A program made the translations under genes and the position numbers. This document shows, in pieces, positions 40,246-52,856 of a stretch of DNA of 61,294 nt. Positions within the stretch are counted from its first letter, which is position 1, and each line of letters begins with the position of its first letter. Under the pieces are notes generated by a model. It had not been told where the DNA came from, did not search any database, and worked only from the letters and a program-made list of their open reading frames with translations. Source of the DNA: Actinomycetes bacterium (lineage in GTDB: Bacteria > Actinomycetota > UBA4738 > HRBIN12); contig JAJNBA010000004.1 of NCBI GenBank assembly GCA_021155985.1, positions 1-61,294 of the forward strand, in the 5' to 3' direction.

Positions 40246-40445
40246 AGTATACGGAAACATCCCTGGGTGGAGGGGTTGACAACAGAAAGAGCGTCAAGAC
40301 GGTTCCGGCCGCTCGCTTGGGGAAAAACCCCGGTGCTATAGTCCGCCCCGCGCTTCCCCGGGGTGATGGGGCCCCCGGCGTCCCCCGACCCCGCGACCTC
40401 CCCGGGATGGGTTATCCACCGGTGTGGAAAGGCTCTGTGGAATCT
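40246..40445. promoter_or_regulatory. Divergent rpmH/dnaA promoter region with DnaA boxes
   Basis: TATACT on the minus strand (40246-40251); extended -10 TGCTATAGT (40334-40342); DnaA-box-like TTATCCACC (40412-40420) followed by two TGTGGAA. Confidence 0.65.
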
Positions 40446-40448
40446 CAG

Positions 40449-41870
40449 ATGGCCGTCGCTTTGCCCGATCAGGAAGCGAGAAGAGCCTGGTCAGCCGTGC
40501 TCGATCGCGCTCGAGCGGAGCTCCCGGAGACCACGTTCCTGATGTGGTTCACCGATGTGCGGCCGATCGCGGTCCGCGATCAGGTGCTCTCCCTCGCGGT
40601 CCCGAGCCAATTCGTCCGGGAACGCCTTCAGCACAATCATCTTGGGCTCATCGAACATACCGCCGAGGAGGCGTTCGGCCACCCCATCAAGATCGAGATG
40701 GACGTGGACGAAGGCATCCGCCACGAGGAGGGCCCGCTGGCGGACACCACCACCACACCTCCGGCCGCCTACGCCGCGATCGGTGCACCGGCGACGCCGC
40801 CAACGGCGGGCAAGCCCCTCGGCGCTCCCGGTCTGCCGTTCCCCAACTACACATTCGACGCATTCGTCCCCGGCCCGTCGAGCCGGTTCGCGCACGCCGC
40901 GGCCATGGCGGTCGCGGAGGCACCGTTGTCGACCGCGTACAACCCCTTGTTCATCTACGGGGGCACGGGCCTCGGCAAGACGCACCTTCTGGTCGCGATC
41001 GGGCATCACATCTGGCGATTGATGCCCGACACGCGGATCAAGTACGTGACCTCGGAGCAATTCGTCACGGAGTTCATCAAGGCCGTTCGCGAACGACAGG
41101 GCGACGCGTTCCGGCACAAGTACCGCGAGGTCGACATCCTGCTCGTCGACGACATCCAGTTCCTCGCCAAACGCGAGGAAACGCAGACCGAGTTCTTCCA
41201 CACGTTCAACCATCTCCACGGCGCCGGGCGACAGATCGTGATCGCGTCGGACCGGCCGCCGCACGAACTCTCCGGCCTGGAGGAACGGCTGGTGAGCCGG
41301 TTCCGGTGGGGTCTGTGCGTGGACGTGCAGCCGCCGGACCTCGAGACACGCATCGCGATCCTCCAGCTGAAGGCCGAACGGGAGAACATCCCCGCCGTCG
41401 TGCCCGAAGTGATCGAGTTCGTTGCCTCGAAATTCGACCAGTCCGTCCGTGAGCTCGAAGGCGCCCTCGTGCGCGTGGTCGCGTGGTCCGAGCTCACTCG
41501 CCAGCCGATCGATATCGAGCTCGCGGAGCGAGCCCTGCAGGACCTGATCCCGCAGACCGAGCACGAGATACCACCACCCCTCATCCTCGAGGAGACCGCG
41601 ACGTACTTCCAGCTCTCGACAGGGGACCTGGTGTCGAAATCTCGCTCGCGACCGCTCACGCAGGCGAGACACATCGCCATGTACCTGATGCGAGAATGCA
41701 CGGGCCTGTCCCTGGTGAAGATCGGCGAGATCTTCGGAGGGCGCGACCACACCACCGCCCTCCACGGCATCAAGAAGGTGGAGGACGAGATGCGGTCTCG
41801 CGACGACACGTTCCGTCAGGTTCAGGACCTCACGCGGATCATCCGCGGCCGTGTCCGGGGGTTGGTGTGA
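40449..41870 (+). CDS. dnaA: Chromosomal replication initiator DnaA
   Basis: [39 protein letters not shown]. Confidence 0.97.
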   Translation: MAVALPDQEARRAWSAVLDRARAELPETTFLMWFTDVRPIAVRDQVLSLAVPSQFVRERLQHNHLGLIEHTAEEAFGHPIKIEMDVDEGIRHEEGPLADTTTTPPAAYAAIGAPATPPTAGKPLGAPGLPFPNYTFDAFVPGPSSRFAHAAAMAVAEAPLSTAYNPLFIYGGTGLGKTHLLVAIGHHIWRLMPDTRIKYVTSEQFVTEFIKAVRERQGDAFRHKYREVDILLVDDIQFLAKREETQTEFFHTFNHLHGAGRQIVIASDRPPHELSGLEERLVSRFRWGLCVDVQPPDLETRIAILQLKAERENIPAVVPEVIEFVASKFDQSVRELEGALVRVVAWSELTRQPIDIELAERALQDLIPQTEHEIPPPLILEETATYFQLSTGDLVSKSRSRPLTQARHIAMYLMRECTGLSLVKIGEIFGGRDHTTALHGIKKVEDEMRSRDDTFRQVQDLTRIIRGRVRGLV

Positions 41871-42094
41871 TGTCGGTGGACAACTTCGCGGAGATCGCCG
41901 TTCTCGTCCCCCGTAGAGCGCTTCTCGGAAGAGCGCCAAGGACGGTCCACCGGTCGTCCCCATGTCGGACACCTGCGCTACGCTGCGCGGATACCCCACT
42001 TCTCCACTTCTCCACCGCCCCTACTACCGCTCTTCATCGATAAGAACCTAAGAAGCAACAGCCTGGGAACAGGCCACGACCGGGAGGTTGACGA
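41871..42094. other. oriC: Putative oriC (dnaA-dnaN intergenic region)
   Basis: DnaA-box-like GGTGGACAA (41875-41883), tandem CCCCACTT/CTCCACTT/CTCCAC, CTACTAC trio-like run, then an A-richer stretch; canonical actinobacterial position. Confidence 0.72.
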
Positions 42095-43195
42095 ATGAAG
42101 TTCCGATGCGACCGTGACGACCTGTCCGAGGCGTTGCAGACCGTTCAGCGCGGCGTGTCCTCGCGCCCGGGGATCCCCGCGCTCACCGGCGTGTTGCTCG
42201 AGGCAGCGGACGACGGCACCCTGATGCTCACGACGACGGATCTGGAGGTTTCGGCACGGCTCTCGATCGCCGTCCAGGTTCAGGAGGCCGGCACGGCATT
42301 GGTACCGGCTCGCCTGCTGGCGGACACCGTGAAGTCGCTCTCCGAAGCTCCGGTGGACTTCGAGACGGATCAGTCGCAGGCACACATCCGTTGCGCGGCG
42401 TACGAGGGCGCCCTCCGACTGCTGCCCGCCGACGATTTCCCGGGGCTGCAGGAGCCGTCGGGGACCGTGATCTCCGTCGAGCCGGCCGCGTTCGCCGAGG
42501 CCGTCGCCCAGGTATCCCGGGCGGCCTCGAAGGACGAAGCCAGGCCGGTGCTCACGGGTGTGTTGCTCGAGATCAGCAGGGAAGGCGTGGTCCTCGTCGC
42601 CACGGACTCGTACCGCCTCGCCGTCCGTGACCTCGTCGCCACCGCCGACGGCGAGGCGAAGGCGATCGTCCCCGAGCGCGCATTGACGGAGGCCGGCCGT
42701 GCGGCCGTCGACCAGAAGGCCGGGGTGGAGGCGTCGGTGAACGCGTCGCAGATCGCGTTCCGTGTCGGCTCCCTCACCCTGACGTCTCGCCTGATCGAGG
42801 GGGAGTTCCCCAACTATCGCCAGCTGCTGCCGGAGACCGTCGAGAGCCGACTGACGATCTCGCGACAACAGCTCCTCGAAGCCGTCCGTCGGGTTGGGCT
42901 GCTCGCTCGTGACACGACCCCGGTGCGTTTGGAGTTCAACGCGCTCGGTGTGAAGCTCTCGTCATCCAGCCCGGACCTCGGTCAAGCCGTCGAGACGGTC
43001 GAGGCTCGCTACGAAGGGGAGGACCTCGTCGCGGCGTTCAACCCGCAGTACCTCGTCGACGGTCTGACCGCGGCCACCGGCGAGAGCGTGCGGATCGACG
43101 TGCGCGACGGGCTCAAGCCCGGGGTGATCCGCGGCGAGGGTGACGAGCTGACCTACCTCGTGATGCCGGTCCGGCTCCCCGCCGCGGTCGGCTGA
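42095..43195 (+). CDS. dnaN: DNA polymerase III beta clamp
   Basis: TTDLE, RPVLTGV, ATDSYRL, LIEGEFPNY, YLVMPVR. Confidence 0.96.
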   Translation: MKFRCDRDDLSEALQTVQRGVSSRPGIPALTGVLLEAADDGTLMLTTTDLEVSARLSIAVQVQEAGTALVPARLLADTVKSLSEAPVDFETDQSQAHIRCAAYEGALRLLPADDFPGLQEPSGTVISVEPAAFAEAVAQVSRAASKDEARPVLTGVLLEISREGVVLVATDSYRLAVRDLVATADGEAKAIVPERALTEAGRAAVDQKAGVEASVNASQIAFRVGSLTLTSRLIEGEFPNYRQLLPETVESRLTISRQQLLEAVRRVGLLARDTTPVRLEFNALGVKLSSSSPDLGQAVETVEARYEGEDLVAAFNPQYLVDGLTAATGESVRIDVRDGLKPGVIRGEGDELTYLVMPVRLPAAVG

Positions 43196-43219
43196 ATCGC
43201 CGGTCGGTCGCGGACCCGG

Positions 43220-44308
43220 ATGCGCCTGGAGTGGCTCGAGCTCCGGGAGTTCCGGAACCACCGACTCACTGGCGTCGATCGCGTCGCGGACGGTCTGACG
43301 GTGGTCGTGGGACCGAACGGCGAGGGGAAGACCAACCTACTGGAGGGCATGTTCTTCCTGTACGCGCTCCGTTCGCCCCGCTCCTCCACGAACGCCCCGC
43401 TCGTCCGCGAGGGGGCCGACGTCGCGTACGCGCGGGGTGAGTTCTCGGGGATCGAGGGCAAGGCCCTGGTCGAGGTGGAGATCCCGCGGAAAGGTGCGAG
43501 TCGCGTGAAGCTGAACAAGAGCCCGCTCCGACGCAAGCGCGAGCTGCGTCGTCAGGTGCGCTCGGTCCTCTTCGGTCCCTTCGACCTGCCCGTGGTGATC
43601 GGTGATCCCTCGAAGCGACGCGACCTCATGGACGACGCGATCGTGGCCCTGTGGCCATTGAAGGAAGGGCTGTCCACCGCGTACGAACGGGCGCACCGTC
43701 AGCGGAACCGGCTGCTCAAGGAATGGGACGGGCACCGCGGTGGCCCGTCAGGGATCGAGGCGTGGGACGAGGAGCTTGTCCGGACCGGCGTGCCGGTGAT
43801 CGAGGCACGCCGCGATGCCGTCGCACACCTCGCCGCCGACGCCTCCGTCGAGTTCGAGGCGCTCTCGGGCTACGAGCTCCTCGTGACGTACGCCCCGAAC
43901 GTGACGGGCGCCTCGGAGGAGGCGTTCCGGGAGCAGCTCCACGCGCGACGGCCCGACGAGCTGGTCCGCAGGACGTCCCTCGTCGGGCCGCATCGCGACG
44001 ACCTCACCCTCGCCGTGCGCGATCTCGGGGCTCGCGCGTTCGGTTCGCACGGTGAGACGTGGGCGGCCGCCCTGTGCCTGCGCCTCGGCCTCGCCGCGGC
44101 CGTCGCCGCCGAGACGGGCGAGCCGCCGCTCCTGCTCGTCGACGATCCGTTCAGTGCCCTCGACCCCGACCGCCGCGACCGGATCGCGCAGCGGCTCGCG
44201 GATCGAGGAGGCCAGGTCGTGATCAGCGTGGCGGACGAGGCCGACGTGCCGCGCGCCTCGTCCGCGGTGTGGGACGTGATGGAGGGAACCGTGGCGGTGC
44301 GGGGCTGA
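43220..44308 (+). CDS. recF: DNA replication/repair protein RecF
   Basis: FRNH, GPNGEGKTNLLE, GPHRDDL, LLLVDD. Confidence 0.93.
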   Translation: MRLEWLELREFRNHRLTGVDRVADGLTVVVGPNGEGKTNLLEGMFFLYALRSPRSSTNAPLVREGADVAYARGEFSGIEGKALVEVEIPRKGASRVKLNKSPLRRKRELRRQVRSVLFGPFDLPVVIGDPSKRRDLMDDAIVALWPLKEGLSTAYERAHRQRNRLLKEWDGHRGGPSGIEAWDEELVRTGVPVIEARRDAVAHLAADASVEFEALSGYELLVTYAPNVTGASEEAFREQLHARRPDELVRRTSLVGPHRDDLTLAVRDLGARAFGSHGETWAAALCLRLGLAAAVAAETGEPPLLLVDDPFSALDPDRRDRIAQRLADRGGQVVISVADEADVPRASSAVWDVMEGTVAVRG

Positions 44309-44649
44309 TGCCGAGCGCGAAGGGATTCCCCCGACGGAAGGACGGGCCGAGCGAGGAGGGGGTCGAGCTCGGAGAGGTGATCGACAACCTCCTGTCCGAG
44401 CAGGTCTTCGCGCGGGGCTTGCCGGTGGCCCGGCTCGCCGGGTCCTGGGCCTCGATCGTCGGCGAACGGCTGGCGTCGGAGACCGCGCCGGCGGCCCTCG
44501 AAGCGGGCGTCCTGACCGTCACCGCAGCCTCCGGGCCGTGGGGCGCTCAGGCCCGATTCCTCCACGAGGAGATCCGCCGTCGGGCGGACGAGGCGCTCGG
44601 CGGCGACCAGATCACCGCGATCCGGATCGTCGTGCGAAACCGCAGGTAG
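44308..44649 (+). CDS. dciA: DUF721/DciA-family protein
   Basis: WASIVGERLASET.P, GVLTV; lies between recF and gyrB. Confidence 0.82.
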   Translation: MPSAKGFPRRKDGPSEEGVELGEVIDNLLSEQVFARGLPVARLAGSWASIVGERLASETAPAALEAGVLTVTAASGPWGAQARFLHEEIRRRADEALGGDQITAIRIVVRNRR

Positions 44650-44694
44650 AAGGCCGATTTCCGCGACCCGAAACACCCTTCCCGTCACCCCTGA

Positions 44695-46719
<2,025 letters not shown>

Positions 46720-46766
46720 GCCGTCAGGCGAGCGTAGTCATCGAGAAGGAAAGAGAGCGGAACACG

Positions 46767-49211
46767 ATGGCGCAAGAGGGATTGTTCGCGGGGCGGGTCG
46801 AGCCGATCGAGCTCGGGGAGGAGATCCAGCGTTCCTACCTCGACTACGCGATGTCGGTCATCGTCGGGCGAGCCCTCCCCGAGGTGCGAGACGGGTTGAA
46901 GCCGGTCCACCGACGGATCCTCTGGTCGATGCTCGAGGCAGGGCTCCGCCCGGATCGCCCACACCGCAAGTCCGCGTGGGCAGTCGGTGAGGTCGTGAAG
47001 AAGTACCACCCGCACGGCCTCGAAGCCGTATACGACGCGTTGGTCCGGATGGCGCAGGACTTCTCTCTCCGGTACCCGCTCGTCGACCCGCACGGCAACT
47101 TCGGTTCGGTCGACGGCGATCCGCCGGCGGCGATGCGGTACACGGAGGCTCGACTGGCTCCGGCGGCGATGGAGATGCTTCGCGACATCGACGCCGAGAC
47201 CGTCGACTTCGTGCCGAACTACGACGGGTACGAGCAACAGCCCTTCGTCCTGCCCTCACGGTTCCCGAACCTGCTCGTCAACGGCTCCGGCGGCATCGCG
47301 GTCGGGATGGCGACGAACATCCCGCCCCACAACATGGGCGAGGCGATCGACGCGGTCGTCCACTACCTGGAGCATCCGGAATCGACGTCGAAGGACCTCA
47401 TGAAGTTCGTCAAGGGACCCGACTTCCCAACGGGCGGGATCATCATGGGTCGCGACGGCATCCGCGATGCCTACGAGACCGGCCGCGGGTCCATCAAGAT
47501 CCGCGCGGTGTGCTCGGTCGAGGAGGGATCCGCGGGTCGAGCCCGCATCGTCGTCAGCGAGCTGCCGTACCAGGTGAACAAGGCGCGCCTGGCGGAGAAG
47601 ATCGCCGAGCTGGTGAAGTCCGGCAAGGTGAAGGAGATCGCGGACCTGAAGGACCACTCCTCGGGCCGGGCGGGGATGCGCCTCGTGATCGACCTGAAAC
47701 GCGGCGCTAATCCCCAGGTCGTCCTGAACCAGCTCTACAAGCACACGCAGCTCCAGGAGTCCTTCGGCGTGATCATGCTCGCACTGGTCGACGGCGTCCC
47801 TCGCACGCTGAACCTCGCCGAGATGATCGGCCATTACGTCGATCACCAGATCGACGTCGTCACCCGACGCACGCGCTACGACCTGCGCAAGGCCGAGGAG
47901 CGCGACCACATCGTCCAGGGCCTCCTGATCGCCCTCGATCACCTGGACGAGGTCATCCAGGTGATCCGGGGCTCGCGGGATGCGGAGCAGGCGCGCACCA
48001 AGCTGATGTCGAAGTTCAAGCTCTCGGAGATCCAGGCCAACCACATCCTGGACATGCCGCTCCGACGGCTCACGAAGCTCGCCCGCACCGAGCTCGAAGA
48101 GGAGCACGAGGAGCTGCTCGCGAGGATCAAGTACCTCAAGGCTCTGCTCAAGGACCCGAAGAAGATCCGCGGCGTGATCAAGGAAGAGATCCTGGGGATC
48201 AAGAAGAAGCACGGTGATCCTCGGCGTACGCAGATCAAGGCGGATGAGGGCTCCTTCGACATCGAGGACCTGATCGCCGAAGAGGACGTGGTCATCACCG
48301 TCAGCCGGGCCGGCTACGTCAAGCGCGTCCCGATCGACACGTTCCGTCGGCAAGGCCGCGGGGGCAAGGGCGTGCGCGGAGCGACGCTCAAGGAAGAGGA
48401 CGTGGTCGCCAACGTCTTCACCACCACCACGCACCACTGGCTGCTGTTCTTCACGACGAAAGGCAAGGTCTACCGCGTCAAGGTCCACGAGGTCCCCGAC
48501 GCCTCTCGCATCGCTCGAGGACTCTACGCGGCCAACCTCCCGGGCGTGGCCATCTCGGGCGACGAGGGCGTATCCACCGTGCTGCATCTGAAGGAGTACG
48601 ACCCCAAGCGGTTCCTGCTCTTCGCCACGAAGAAGGGGATGGTCAAGAAGACGCCGCTCCCGGAGTACGAGTCCGCGCGTGCAGGCCTCGCCGCGATCAA
48701 CCTCAAGCCGGGCGACGAGCTCATCGACGTGAAGCTCACCGATGGGAAGGACGATGTCTTCCTCGTCTCCCGGAAGGGTCAGGCCATCCGTTTCAGGGAG
48801 CAGCTGGCTCGCCCGATGGGCCGGGCCACCGCGGGCGTGATCGGGATGCGGCTCGCCGAGGACGACGAGGTGATCTCGCTGAGTCTCGCTTCCGACGGTG
48901 AGGAGATGATCAGCGTTTCGCAGCAGGGGTACGGCAAGCGCTCGCCGCTGAAGGACTACCCCGTGAAGGGGCGCGGAGGCAAGGGCGTCATCGGCCACCA
49001 GATCACGAAGAAGACGGGGCTGCTCGCCGGTGCGTTCGTCGGCTCGAAGGAGCAGGATCTGTTCGCGATCTCCTCCAGTGGGATCGTGATCCGCGTGCCG
49101 GCCGGGGAGATCCGCCGGGTCGGGCGATCGAGCCAGGGCGTTCGCACGATGCGCGTCGAGGGCGCCCAGGTCGTCGCGATCGCACCGGTGATCATGCAGA
49201 TGGAGGAGTAG
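46767..49211 (+). CDS. gyrA: DNA gyrase subunit A
   Basis: DGLKPVHRR, catalytic Tyr in AAMRYTE, GyrA-box QGRGGKG, C-terminal pinwheel repeats. Confidence 0.96.
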   Translation: MAQEGLFAGRVEPIELGEEIQRSYLDYAMSVIVGRALPEVRDGLKPVHRRILWSMLEAGLRPDRPHRKSAWAVGEVVKKYHPHGLEAVYDALVRMAQDFSLRYPLVDPHGNFGSVDGDPPAAMRYTEARLAPAAMEMLRDIDAETVDFVPNYDGYEQQPFVLPSRFPNLLVNGSGGIAVGMATNIPPHNMGEAIDAVVHYLEHPESTSKDLMKFVKGPDFPTGGIIMGRDGIRDAYETGRGSIKIRAVCSVEEGSAGRARIVVSELPYQVNKARLAEKIAELVKSGKVKEIADLKDHSSGRAGMRLVIDLKRGANPQVVLNQLYKHTQLQESFGVIMLALVDGVPRTLNLAEMIGHYVDHQIDVVTRRTRYDLRKAEERDHIVQGLLIALDHLDEVIQVIRGSRDAEQARTKLMSKFKLSEIQANHILDMPLRRLTKLARTELEEEHEELLARIKYLKALLKDPKKIRGVIKEEILGIKKKHGDPRRTQIKADEGSFDIEDLIAEEDVVITVSRAGYVKRVPIDTFRRQGRGGKGVRGATLKEEDVVANVFTTTTHHWLLFFTTKGKVYRVKVHEVPDASRIARGLYAANLPGVAISGDEGVSTVLHLKEYDPKRFLLFATKKGMVKKTPLPEYESARAGLAAINLKPGDELIDVKLTDGKDDVFLVSRKGQAIRFREQLARPMGRATAGVIGMRLAEDDEVISLSLASDGEEMISVSQQGYGKRSPLKDYPVKGRGGKGVIGHQITKKTGLLAGAFVGSKEQDLFAISSSGIVIRVPAGEIRRVGRSSQGVRTMRVEGAQVVAIAPVIMQMEE

Positions 49212-49290
49212 CGCACTCCGAGAGCCGGACGGATCCGGAAGGGAACTGCAGCGCACCGCCGGGCGTTACTGCGATGATGTCGGGACTCCC

Positions 49291-50214
49291 ATGAACATCG
49301 GACTCGGCTTGCTCGTCGAGGCCGCCGCGTTCCTGGCGGCCGTCTACGTCGTTGTGCAGCTGCGGCCGCATCTCCCGCGCCAGACGACGGATCTCGTGCT
49401 CGGGTCGATCGGCTGCGTGATGGGTGCCGGCGCCCTGCTGTTCCAGAGGGACGTGAGTCTCGCCGGTGGTGTGCTCGCCCCTCTGTTCGCGGCGGTCATC
49501 GTGGTGGGGCACGTGCGCGGGTTGGACCTCATGGGTGTCCGTCTCCCGGCCTGGGTGCAAATCCCCGCGCGGGGGCGCCGAGGAGCGTACGCTATCGACC
49601 CAGCCGAGACCCGAACGATCGAGGAGCCTGTGCAGCAACGACGGTCAACGACGGAGCCTGAGCCGGCATCCGGGTTCGATCCCGAGCCGTTGCCCGACGA
49701 CGAGCCGTTCCCTCGCGAGGATGAGCTCGTTCCTCCACTCGGTCCGGTGACCCCGGAAGCGACATGGCCGTCCACGGTCGTCCGGCCGCCCGCGCGAGCG
49801 CGGCTCCCGCGGCGCGGTGTGCGCAGGACACGCGTGGAGATCAGACGGATCGGCCCGCTTTCGGTGCTGAAGTTCTCGCTGATCTTCTACTTCTGCGTCT
49901 TCCTCGTGATCTATCTGTCTCTCGCGATCATCTGGGGCATCCTGTCCGCGAGCGGTGCGATCGAGTCGCTGGAGAAGCTGCTTGGCGTCATCTTCCCGTC
50001 GGCCGGCGCCCAATCGCCGACCGGCGAGCTGAGCACCGGTGAGGCGCCGCCCCTCGAGATCGTCACAGGCCAGCTCTTCACCTGGCTCTTCATCGGTGGA
50101 TGCGTCGGCGTCGCGATCTGGTCGTGCATCAACGTGTTCGTGGCGATCATGTACAACCTGATCAGCGACATCATCGGGGGGATCGAGGTCACGCTCGCAG
50201 ACCGTCGCGACTGA
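49291..50214 (+). CDS. DUF3566-like membrane protein with extra N-terminal TM segments
   Basis: RRIGPLSVLKFS...YNLISDIIGGIEVTL; conserved position after gyrA. Confidence 0.8.
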   Translation: MNIGLGLLVEAAAFLAAVYVVVQLRPHLPRQTTDLVLGSIGCVMGAGALLFQRDVSLAGGVLAPLFAAVIVVGHVRGLDLMGVRLPAWVQIPARGRRGAYAIDPAETRTIEEPVQQRRSTTEPEPASGFDPEPLPDDEPFPREDELVPPLGPVTPEATWPSTVVRPPARARLPRRGVRRTRVEIRRIGPLSVLKFSLIFYFCVFLVIYLSLAIIWGILSASGAIESLEKLLGVIFPSAGAQSPTGELSTGEAPPLEIVTGQLFTWLFIGGCVGVAIWSCINVFVAIMYNLISDIIGGIEVTLADRRD

Positions 50215-50262
50215 GATCGTCAGGATCGGGGCTCGCCCAAGGAGCCCGCGAAGAGGTTTCGA

Positions 50263-50292
50263 TTGACACGGTTTCCGGACCGTGATTACCCT
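50263..50292 (+). promoter_or_regulatory. Sigma70-type promoter for tRNA-Ile
   Basis: TTGACA-N18-TACCCT. Confidence 0.6.
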
Positions 50293-50314
50293 GCGCCGAG
50301 GGCTCGCGGCCCTC

Positions 50315-50389
50315 GGGCCTGTAGCTCAGCTCGGTTAGAGCGCTTCCCTGATAAGGAAGAGGTCGATGGTTCAAGTCCATCCAGGCCCA
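50315..50389 (+). tRNA. tRNA-Ile (GAT)
   Basis: Cloverleaf GGGCCTG...CAGGCCC-A, anticodon loop CTGATAA, T-loop GTTCAAGT; CCA not encoded. Confidence 0.96.
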
Positions 50390-50423
50390 CTTCGTCCACC
50401 ACCCCGATAGGAGGCTGTGCGCG

Positions 50424-50597
50424 ATGGGACACGACACCGAAAGCACGGAGAAGAAGGGCGGATTCTTCCGGAAGCTCCTGAAGCTCGCCTTCATCGGGGC
50501 CCTGGTGGCCGCCGTCATGCAGTTCATGAAGCGCCGGCGCGGCGAGGACGTCGACGACGTGGAGTGGCAGGAGCTGCCGCCGCCCGCGGGCGGGTAG
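50424..50597 (+). CDS. Small membrane protein (57 aa), positional analogue of the DLW-39 family
   Basis: MGHDTESTEKKGGFFRKLLKLAFIGALVAAVMQFMKRRRGEDVDDVEWQELPPPAGG; AGGAGG RBS; followed by a hairpin. Below the ORF-track cutoff. Confidence 0.7.
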   Translation: MGHDTESTEKKGGFFRKLLKLAFIGALVAAVMQFMKRRRGEDVDDVEWQELPPPAGG

Positions 50598-50618
50598 TCC
50601 TACCCGATCGTCCGACGC

Positions 50619-50646
50619 AGAGGGCCCGCCGAACGGCGGGCCTTCT
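50619..50646 (+). terminator. Intrinsic terminator-like hairpin
   Basis: AGAGGGCCCGCC-GAAC-GGCGGGCCTTCT. Confidence 0.65.
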
Positions 50647-50680
50647 CCGTGTCCGAGGCTCCGGCTCTAGACTCGCCCGC

Positions 50681-51508
50681 GTGCTCGAGCCCGGAACGCC
50701 TTGGGATCTGGCCCACGCGGCGGGCCGGGCCGCGAACGTGGAGTTGCGCCCCCTGACCGCGCTGGCGCAGTTCGACGATGCGCTCGAGGTCATGGTGGCC
50801 ACGTGGGGCGCGTTCCAGCTGCCGCCTCGCGAGATGATGACCGCGCTCGCGCACAGCGGGAATGTTCCGTTCGGAGCCTACGACGGCGATCGGCTGGTGG
50901 GGTTCGTCCTCGGCTGGGCAGGCGTGGATCACGGCGGGCTCCACGTCCATTCGCACATGCTGGCCGCGCTGCCGGATCGGCGCCATCGAGGGGTCGGCTA
51001 CGCGTTGAAGCTGGGACAACGCGCGCAGGCGCTCGAGCAGGGCATCCACGTGGCGCGCTGGACCTTCGACCCGCTGGTGGCGCGCAACGCGTGGTTCAAC
51101 CTCGGCAAGCTGGGCGCGGTGGCGGACGGCTTCGGCCGGGCGTTCTACGGGGAGATGACCGACGAGATCAACGCAGGCGATCGCTCCGACCGGCTCGTGG
51201 TCCGTTGGGATCTGGACCCCGACCCGGCGCCGCGTCCCTGGCCCGAGGGCCTCCCGACCGTGCTCGCGGCGGAAGGCGACCCGGACGGGCCTCTCCCGGT
51301 CCCGGTCGGGGCATCCGGCCATGACGGTGGGGTCGTGGAGGTGCCGCGCGACCACGCGGAGCTCCGCCGCCGGGACCCGGCGCTCGCCGCGCGCTGGCGC
51401 GAGGCCACCGCCGAGACGCTCGAGGCCTGCTTCCGCGCCGGATCGATCGCCGCCTCGTTCGACAAGGCCCGGTCGGCATACGCGCTCGTACCCGGGGCGA
51501 GCGAGTGA
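50681..51508 (+). CDS. GNAT-family acyltransferase (D-amino-acid N-succinyltransferase-like)
   Basis: HSHMLA, GVGYALKLGQR, WTFDPLVARNAWFNLGKLG, FYGEMTD...SDRL; coupled to an OSBS/NSAR gene. Confidence 0.82.
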   Translation: MLEPGTPWDLAHAAGRAANVELRPLTALAQFDDALEVMVATWGAFQLPPREMMTALAHSGNVPFGAYDGDRLVGFVLGWAGVDHGGLHVHSHMLAALPDRRHRGVGYALKLGQRAQALEQGIHVARWTFDPLVARNAWFNLGKLGAVADGFGRAFYGEMTDEINAGDRSDRLVVRWDLDPDPAPRPWPEGLPTVLAAEGDPDGPLPVPVGASGHDGGVVEVPRDHAELRRRDPALAARWREATAETLEACFRAGSIAASFDKARSAYALVPGASE

Positions 51509-52647
51509 GCCGGGTCCGCGCCGTCGAGCTGCTCCTCGTGGAGCTGCCGCTCGTTCACCCGTTCCGAACCAGCTTCGGGGAGATGCGCGAGAAGCGCTGC
51601 ATCGTCGTGCGGGTGGAGACCGACGGCGCCGAGGGGTGGGGGGAATGCGTCGCCGACGTGCGGCCCGACTTCAGCGAGGAGTTCAACGACGGCGCCTGGA
51701 TCGTGTTGCGGGAATTCCTCGCGCCCGCGCTGCTCGGTGCGGACACGACCGACGTCGAGAGCGCCGAGCGGGCCTTCTCCGGGGTCCGTGGGCATCCGAT
51801 GGCGAAGGCCGCCCTGCTGAACGCGATCCTCGACGCCGAGCTCCGCTCGGACGGGACCTCGCTGGCGTCGTGGCTCGGGGCGGACAAGGCACGGGTGGAA
51901 TGCGGCGTCAGCATCGGGATCGCCCCGTCGACCGAACTTCTGCTGGATCACGTCGAGGGCTATCTGGCGGAGGGGTACCGCCGGATCAAGCTCAAGATCC
52001 GGCCCGGCGCGGACCTCGAGCGCGTCCGCGCCGTGCGTGCGACGCACCCCAACATCCTTCTCTCCGTTGACGCGAACGCCGCCTACACCCTCGCCGACGC
52101 TGAGGTGTTCCGGTCCATGGACGACCTCGGACTCCTGATGATCGAACAGCCCCTCCACCACGAGGACCTCGTCCGGCACGCCGAGCTCCAGGCGATGCTC
52201 GGGACGGCCTTGTGTCTCGACGAATCGATCCGATCGGCCGCCGCCGCCGCCGCCGCCCTCGAGCTCGGCGCCTGCAGGATCGTGAACATCAAGCAAGGAC
52301 GGGTGGGCGGTGTGCTCGAGGCGAGGAGGATCCACGACCATTGCCGGGAGAACGGGGTGCCGGTGTGGTGTGGCGGGATGCTCGAAACCGGGGTCGGCAG
52401 GGCCCTCAACCTCGCCCTGGCGGCGATGCCCGGCTTCACGCTCCCGGGCGACACGAGCGCCTCGGCGCGCTACTTCGAGCACGACCTGACGAGGCCGTTC
52501 GAGCTCGCGTCCGACGGGACGATGGCCGTTCCCTCGGAGCCCGGGATCGGCGTCTCGCCACTGCCGGAGAGGCTCCGGGCCTGCGTCTCGCGGCGCGACG
52601 TCATCCTCCCCGATCGAAAGAGTGACAAAAGCGGCGGACCGGGTTGA
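51505..52647 (+). CDS. menC: o-Succinylbenzoate synthase / N-succinylamino acid racemase
   Basis: PFRTSFG, KLKI, VDANAAY, EQPL, LDESI, WCGGMLE, PGDTSAS (NSAR/OSBS subfamily). Confidence 0.88.
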   Translation: MSRVRAVELLLVELPLVHPFRTSFGEMREKRCIVVRVETDGAEGWGECVADVRPDFSEEFNDGAWIVLREFLAPALLGADTTDVESAERAFSGVRGHPMAKAALLNAILDAELRSDGTSLASWLGADKARVECGVSIGIAPSTELLLDHVEGYLAEGYRRIKLKIRPGADLERVRAVRATHPNILLSVDANAAYTLADAEVFRSMDDLGLLMIEQPLHHEDLVRHAELQAMLGTALCLDESIRSAAAAAAALELGACRIVNIKQGRVGGVLEARRIHDHCRENGVPVWCGGMLETGVGRALNLALAAMPGFTLPGDTSASARYFEHDLTRPFELASDGTMAVPSEPGIGVSPLPERLRACVSRRDVILPDRKSDKSGGPG

Positions 52648-52856
52648 CGGTGAACCCCTCCCGCTCCTATCGTTCGCAGTGAGAGACCGCTGGAGCCCTC
52701 GGGTTCCGGCGGTTTCTCACGTTCCGGCCCGTTCCGGCCCCCCCGGTTCACCTCGGAAGAGATCTCCTGCTCAGCGCCGCTGTCGTCATACTTGTGTCGT
52801 GCCGTCCAGGGAGCGACGATAGCCGGACGTCCGATGCGTCATCGGACGCCCATGCG

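Noticed and set aside
52240-52258. GCC trinucleotide runs (also near 55470-55490)
   Set aside because: They encode poly-Ala in frame; no sign of phase variation.
52648-52760. GTTCCGGC repeats and a C-run after menC as a possible ncRNA
   Set aside because: Short GC-rich repeats with no recognisable family structure; insufficient evidence.
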